This document shows positions 44,875 through 47,650 of a stretch of 47,650 bases of DNA, one piece after another. The stretch covers positions 1 through 47,650 of the forward strand of contig DYGJ01000001.1 of NCBI GenBank assembly GCA_020724765.1. Reading direction: 5' to 3'. The notes beneath the pieces were generated by a model. That model saw only the letters and a program-made list of their open reading frames with translations. It made no database searches and was not told the DNA's origin. Within the stretch, counting starts at the first letter, position 1, and each line of letters starts with the position of its first letter. Source of the DNA: Thermotoga sp. (GTDB lineage: Bacteria; Bipolaricaulota; Bipolaricaulia; Bipolaricaulales; Bipolaricaulaceae). The position numbers and the translations under genes are program-made.

Positions 44875-46409
44875 CGTCCCAGCACCGCCCGGAGGTAGAG
44901 GTCGCGGCCCGTCCACAGGGCGTCCGCTGCCGGCGCCACGAGGTGGCGGACGACGAGCTCGGGGAACAGGCCCAGGGCGAGCACGCCCAGGGCGAGCACG
45001 CCCATCGCCACCAGCATCGGCACGGGAACCGGCTTGGGCTGGGAGAGCTTGGGCCCGAGGAACGCCCCCTGGAACGCCTTCACGAACACCGCGAGGAGGA
45101 GGATCGACGCCAGGATCGCGAGCGCGGACAGGATTGGGGAGAGGAGAAAGCTCGACTGGTAGATCATCAGCTTCGAGGCGAACCCGTTGAGGGGCGGGAT
45201 CCCCGCCAAGGCGAGGGATCCGAGGAGGAAGAACCCGGTGGTCCACGTGAGGTCGTGCCCTAGCCCGCCCAGGTTCGCCAGGTTCCGGTTCCCGGCGGCC
45301 TTCTCCACCGCGCCCACGGCGAGGAACAGGAGCCCAATCGCCACCGCATCATTGAGCATGTGGAAGATCCCGCCCTGGATTGCGACGAGCCCGTACGCGG
45401 GCCGGGCGGCGATGGCGGTCAGGCCGACCCCGACCCCGAGGAGCATGTACCCGATCTGGGATACAGCCCCGAACGCGACGAGCCGGCCGAGGTCCATCTG
45501 GACCACCGCCATCAGGGCCGCCACGAGGAGGGTCAGGGTGCCGAGGGCGACGACGAGCCACCCGATCGCCGGGTCGGCGACCCCGCCATAGAGGGTGAAC
45601 AGGACCCGGAACAGGGCGTAGAGGGAGATCTGGGTGTTGGCGACGAGGAGGATCACCGCCTGGGCCGGCGCCTCGCCGTACGCATCGGGCGCCCACATGT
45701 GCAGGGGCACCGCGCCGGCCTTCATGAGGAGCCCGCCCAAGAGGAGGGCGAGGGCGATCCGGTCCACCACCGACCCGGTGATCTGCCGGGCGAGGTAGGC
45801 GAGGTTCAGCGCCCCGTACTCCCCGTAGAGGAGGGCGATCGCGAGGAGGACGAACAGCCCGCCCACGGTGTACATGACCATCGTCTTGAACGCCGCCTCC
45901 GGGCCGCGCGACGCCCACGTGCGGTACCCGACGAGGCCGCACGCGGCGATCGACGTCACCTCGAAGAACACGAACAGGTTGAACAGGTCGCCGGTGAACG
46001 CCATCCCGAGCATCCCCGCCCAGAGGAGCGTCCCCAGGGTCAGGGCGAGGGTCTTGCCCTCGTCCTCCACCAGGTACCGCCAGGCGTAGGCGAAGCCGAC
46101 CACGGCCACGAGGGCGGTGATGAGCCCCATGAACGCGCTGAGGGCGTCCACGGCGAGCACGATGCGGATCGGGAACCCGCCCGGGGCGAGGGTGTCCAGC
46201 GGCCACGCCCCCCCCAGGGTGTAAACCTGGATCCCGACCGTGTAGACCTGGACGGCGACAAGGACGGTGAGGGCGGCGGTGGCGCCTGCGACGAGGACGA
46301 GCCACAGGTCACGCAGGGACGGGCGAAGCTTCGCCCACAACGGCAGGGCGAACGCGCCCAGCAGGGGCACGGCGACGGCGAGGATCGGGGCGTGCGCGGC
46401 GAGGTTCAT
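44871..46409 (-). CDS. mbhH: Mbh subunit H (MrpD/NuoN-like antiporter subunit)
   Basis: TGDLFNLFVFFEV, KAGAVPLHMWAPDAY, SQIGY, LAGIPPLNGFASK; about 14 TM helices. Confidence 0.9.
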   Translation of the reverse strand: MNLAAHAPILAVAVPLLGAFALPLWAKLRPSLRDLWLVLVAGATAALTVLVAVQVYTVGIQVYTLGGAWPLDTLAPGGFPIRIVLAVDALSAFMGLITALVAVVGFAYAWRYLVEDEGKTLALTLGTLLWAGMLGMAFTGDLFNLFVFFEVTSIAACGLVGYRTWASRGPEAAFKTMVMYTVGGLFVLLAIALLYGEYGALNLAYLARQITGSVVDRIALALLLGGLLMKAGAVPLHMWAPDAYGEAPAQAVILLVANTQISLYALFRVLFTLYGGVADPAIGWLVVALGTLTLLVAALMAVVQMDLGRLVAFGAVSQIGYMLLGVGVGLTAIAARPAYGLVAIQGGIFHMLNDAVAIGLLFLAVGAVEKAAGNRNLANLGGLGHDLTWTTGFFLLGSLALAGIPPLNGFASKLMIYQSSFLLSPILSALAILASILLLAVFVKAFQGAFLGPKLSQPKPVPVPMLVAMGVLALGVLALGLFPELVVRHLVAPAADALWTGRDLYLRAVLGR

Positions 46410-46753
46410 CCTGAGAGCTCCGTGACCTTGCGGCCGTCGAGGGTCTTCTTGTGGCGGTGGATGACGACGACGAACGCGAGCATGAGCGCCGTGGTGGCGA
46501 GTCCAATCACGATGCTCGTCAGGGTGAGGGCCTGCGGCGTGGGGAGGACCATCGCGGCGTCCGGCGGGGCGTACGTGTAGATGGGGACGATCCCGCCCCT
46601 CACGTAGCCCGTGGCGACGAGGTACAGGTTGACCCCGTTCTCGACGATCTTGATCCCGATCACGACCTTGATCAGGTTCCTCCGGAAGAGGAGGGCCCAC
46701 AGGCCGAGGAGGACGAGGACCATGCACACCACGAACGGCGTGTTACCGATCAT
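46406..46753 (-). CDS. mbhG: Mbh subunit G (MrpC-like)
   Basis: NLIKVVIG, VNL.L, PQALTLTSIVIG.A.TA, KTLD. Confidence 0.88.
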   Translation of the reverse strand: MIGNTPFVVCMVLVLLGLWALLFRRNLIKVVIGIKIVENGVNLYLVATGYVRGGIVPIYTYAPPDAAMVLPTPQALTLTSIVIGLATTALMLAFVVVIHRHKKTLDGRKVTELSG

Positions 46754-47192
46754 CGTCGCCCCCGAACAAGCCGAACAGGACCATCACCGCGCCCAGGCCG
46801 CCCAACACCTTGAACCCCACCGCCCAGTTCATGAGGGGGACCGTGCCCCCGGTGCTGAGGAACCCGGCGTTGGGACCGATCGGTGAGGCCGCGCCGAACA
46901 GCCCGCCCGATCCGGCGAGGAGGTTGAAGAAGAACGTGGTCCCGATCCCGAGGAACGCCAGGACCACGAACGCGATACCGCCGAGGTCCTCGAGAACCGA
47001 CAGCGGGCTCTTCAGCTTCTTGAGCGAAGGCGCGCCGAACGCGACGAGGAGGAGCGCCACCGCCGACGCGGCCACCGCCCCGCCCTGGAACCCTCCGCCT
47101 GGGGTGAGGTGCCCGTGGAGGATGACGTACCCCCCGAAGGCGAGGATCACCGGGACGAGGATCCGGGCGATCGTCCGCACGACGACGCTCAT
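46743..47192 (-). CDS. mbhF: Mbh subunit F (MrpB-like)
   Basis: [29 protein letters not shown]-like motif. Confidence 0.88.
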   Translation of the reverse strand: MSVVVRTIARILVPVILAFGGYVILHGHLTPGGGFQGGAVAASAVALLLVAFGAPSLKKLKSPLSVLEDLGGIAFVVLAFLGIGTTFFFNLLAGSGGLFGAASPIGPNAGFLSTGGTVPLMNWAVGFKVLGGLGAVMVLFGLFGGDDDR

Positions 47193-47455
47193 CGCTTCAG
47201 CCTCCGCAGGACCAGGGCGACCCCGATCACGGCCGTGAACAGCACCGTCGCCTCGCCGAGGGTGTCGTAGCCTCGGTAGTCGAACACGATCGCCGTCACC
47301 ACGTTGCTCGTCGCCGCCTCCGTCTGCGACCAGGCGTTGAAGTAGCGGTCCATGAGGTCGTGGCGCGGCGCTCCGAACGGGCGCATCCGCGCCCCACCGA
47401 GGAGGAGGGACCCCGCCACGATCACGAACGCCGCCAAGACGGTCCAGCGCCTCAT
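47189..47455 (-). CDS. mbhE: Mbh subunit E (MrpA C-terminal/MrpB-like)
   Basis: [25 protein letters not shown]; ATGA-coupled start at 47455. Confidence 0.85.
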   Translation of the reverse strand: MRRWTVLAAFVIVAGSLLLGGARMRPFGAPRHDLMDRYFNAWSQTEAATSNVVTAIVFDYRGYDTLGEATVLFTAVIGVALVLRRLKR

Positions 47456-47650
47456 TCCTCCTCCTTGCGCTGCGTCTTGCGGATGGCGAGGACGAAGATC
47501 GCCGTGGTGAGGGCCGCGCCGACCCCGGCCTCGGCGATCGCCACGTCGGGCGCCTGAAGTAGGTAGAACTGGAGGGCGAGCAGGAGGCTCGACCCGGCGA
47601 GGGCGATCACGCTCGCCAGGAGGTCCTTCAGCCACACGGCAAGGACCGAA
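47452..47650 (-). CDS. mbhD: Mbh subunit D (DUF4040-like), 5' end outside window
   Basis: [25 protein letters not shown]. Confidence 0.85.
   Translation of the reverse strand, partial: SVLAVWLKDLLASVIALAGSSLLLALQFYLLQAPDVAIAEAGVGAALTTAIFVLAIRKTQRKEEE

Noticed and set aside
1-47650. CRISPR array, tRNA/rRNA, IS element or prophage
   Set aside because: No spaced direct repeats, structural RNA signatures, transposase, integrase or phage genes recognised by eye; a covariance-model scan was not possible.

Overview
GC-rich bacterial chromosomal segment with about 45 genes and no rRNA, tRNA, CRISPR array, integrase or transposase that I can see. Gene content resembles an anaerobic, peptide-fermenting lineage such as Bipolaricaulota/Acetothermia; this is inferred and not shown by a marker gene. 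In order: (1) LemA, DUF2207 and a LemA-like gene; (2) a polar amino-acid ABC transporter; (3) a minus-strand block with an M1 aminopeptidase, a PKD protein, an FtsZ carrying an unusual DnaA-domain-I-like N-terminal domain, a HAD phosphatase and a beta-helix/DUF192 fusion; (4) a creatininase-family gene; (5) two paralogous Cys-Cys-rich exported beta-barrel-like proteins, one with two OB-fold-like domains inserted; (6) a decayed ParB/Srx-DUF4032-like gene; (7) uvrA, rmuC and an aldehyde:ferredoxin oxidoreductase; (8) several exported proteins; (9) a translationally coupled candidate lipid or envelope biosynthetic operon (pyruvyl-transferase-like, reductase-adenylation fusion, V4R/ATC-hydrolase-like, Fe-S GMC oxidoreductase) preceded by a CrtI-like flavoprotein; (10) a toxin-antitoxin/defence-like patch (hicBA, AAA-DUF4143 ATPase-nuclease, HTH-MNT/HEPN, antitoxin remnants) with apparently leaderless promoters, two of them carrying palindromes; (11) an exported GH113-like protein; (12) most of a Pyrococcus-type Mbh [NiFe]-hydrogenase/Mrp operon (mbhD-N). 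The strongest leads are the DnaA_N-like-FtsZ fusion, the reductase-adenylation operon and the Cys-rich barrel pair. All family calls come from motif recognition by eye, not database searches.
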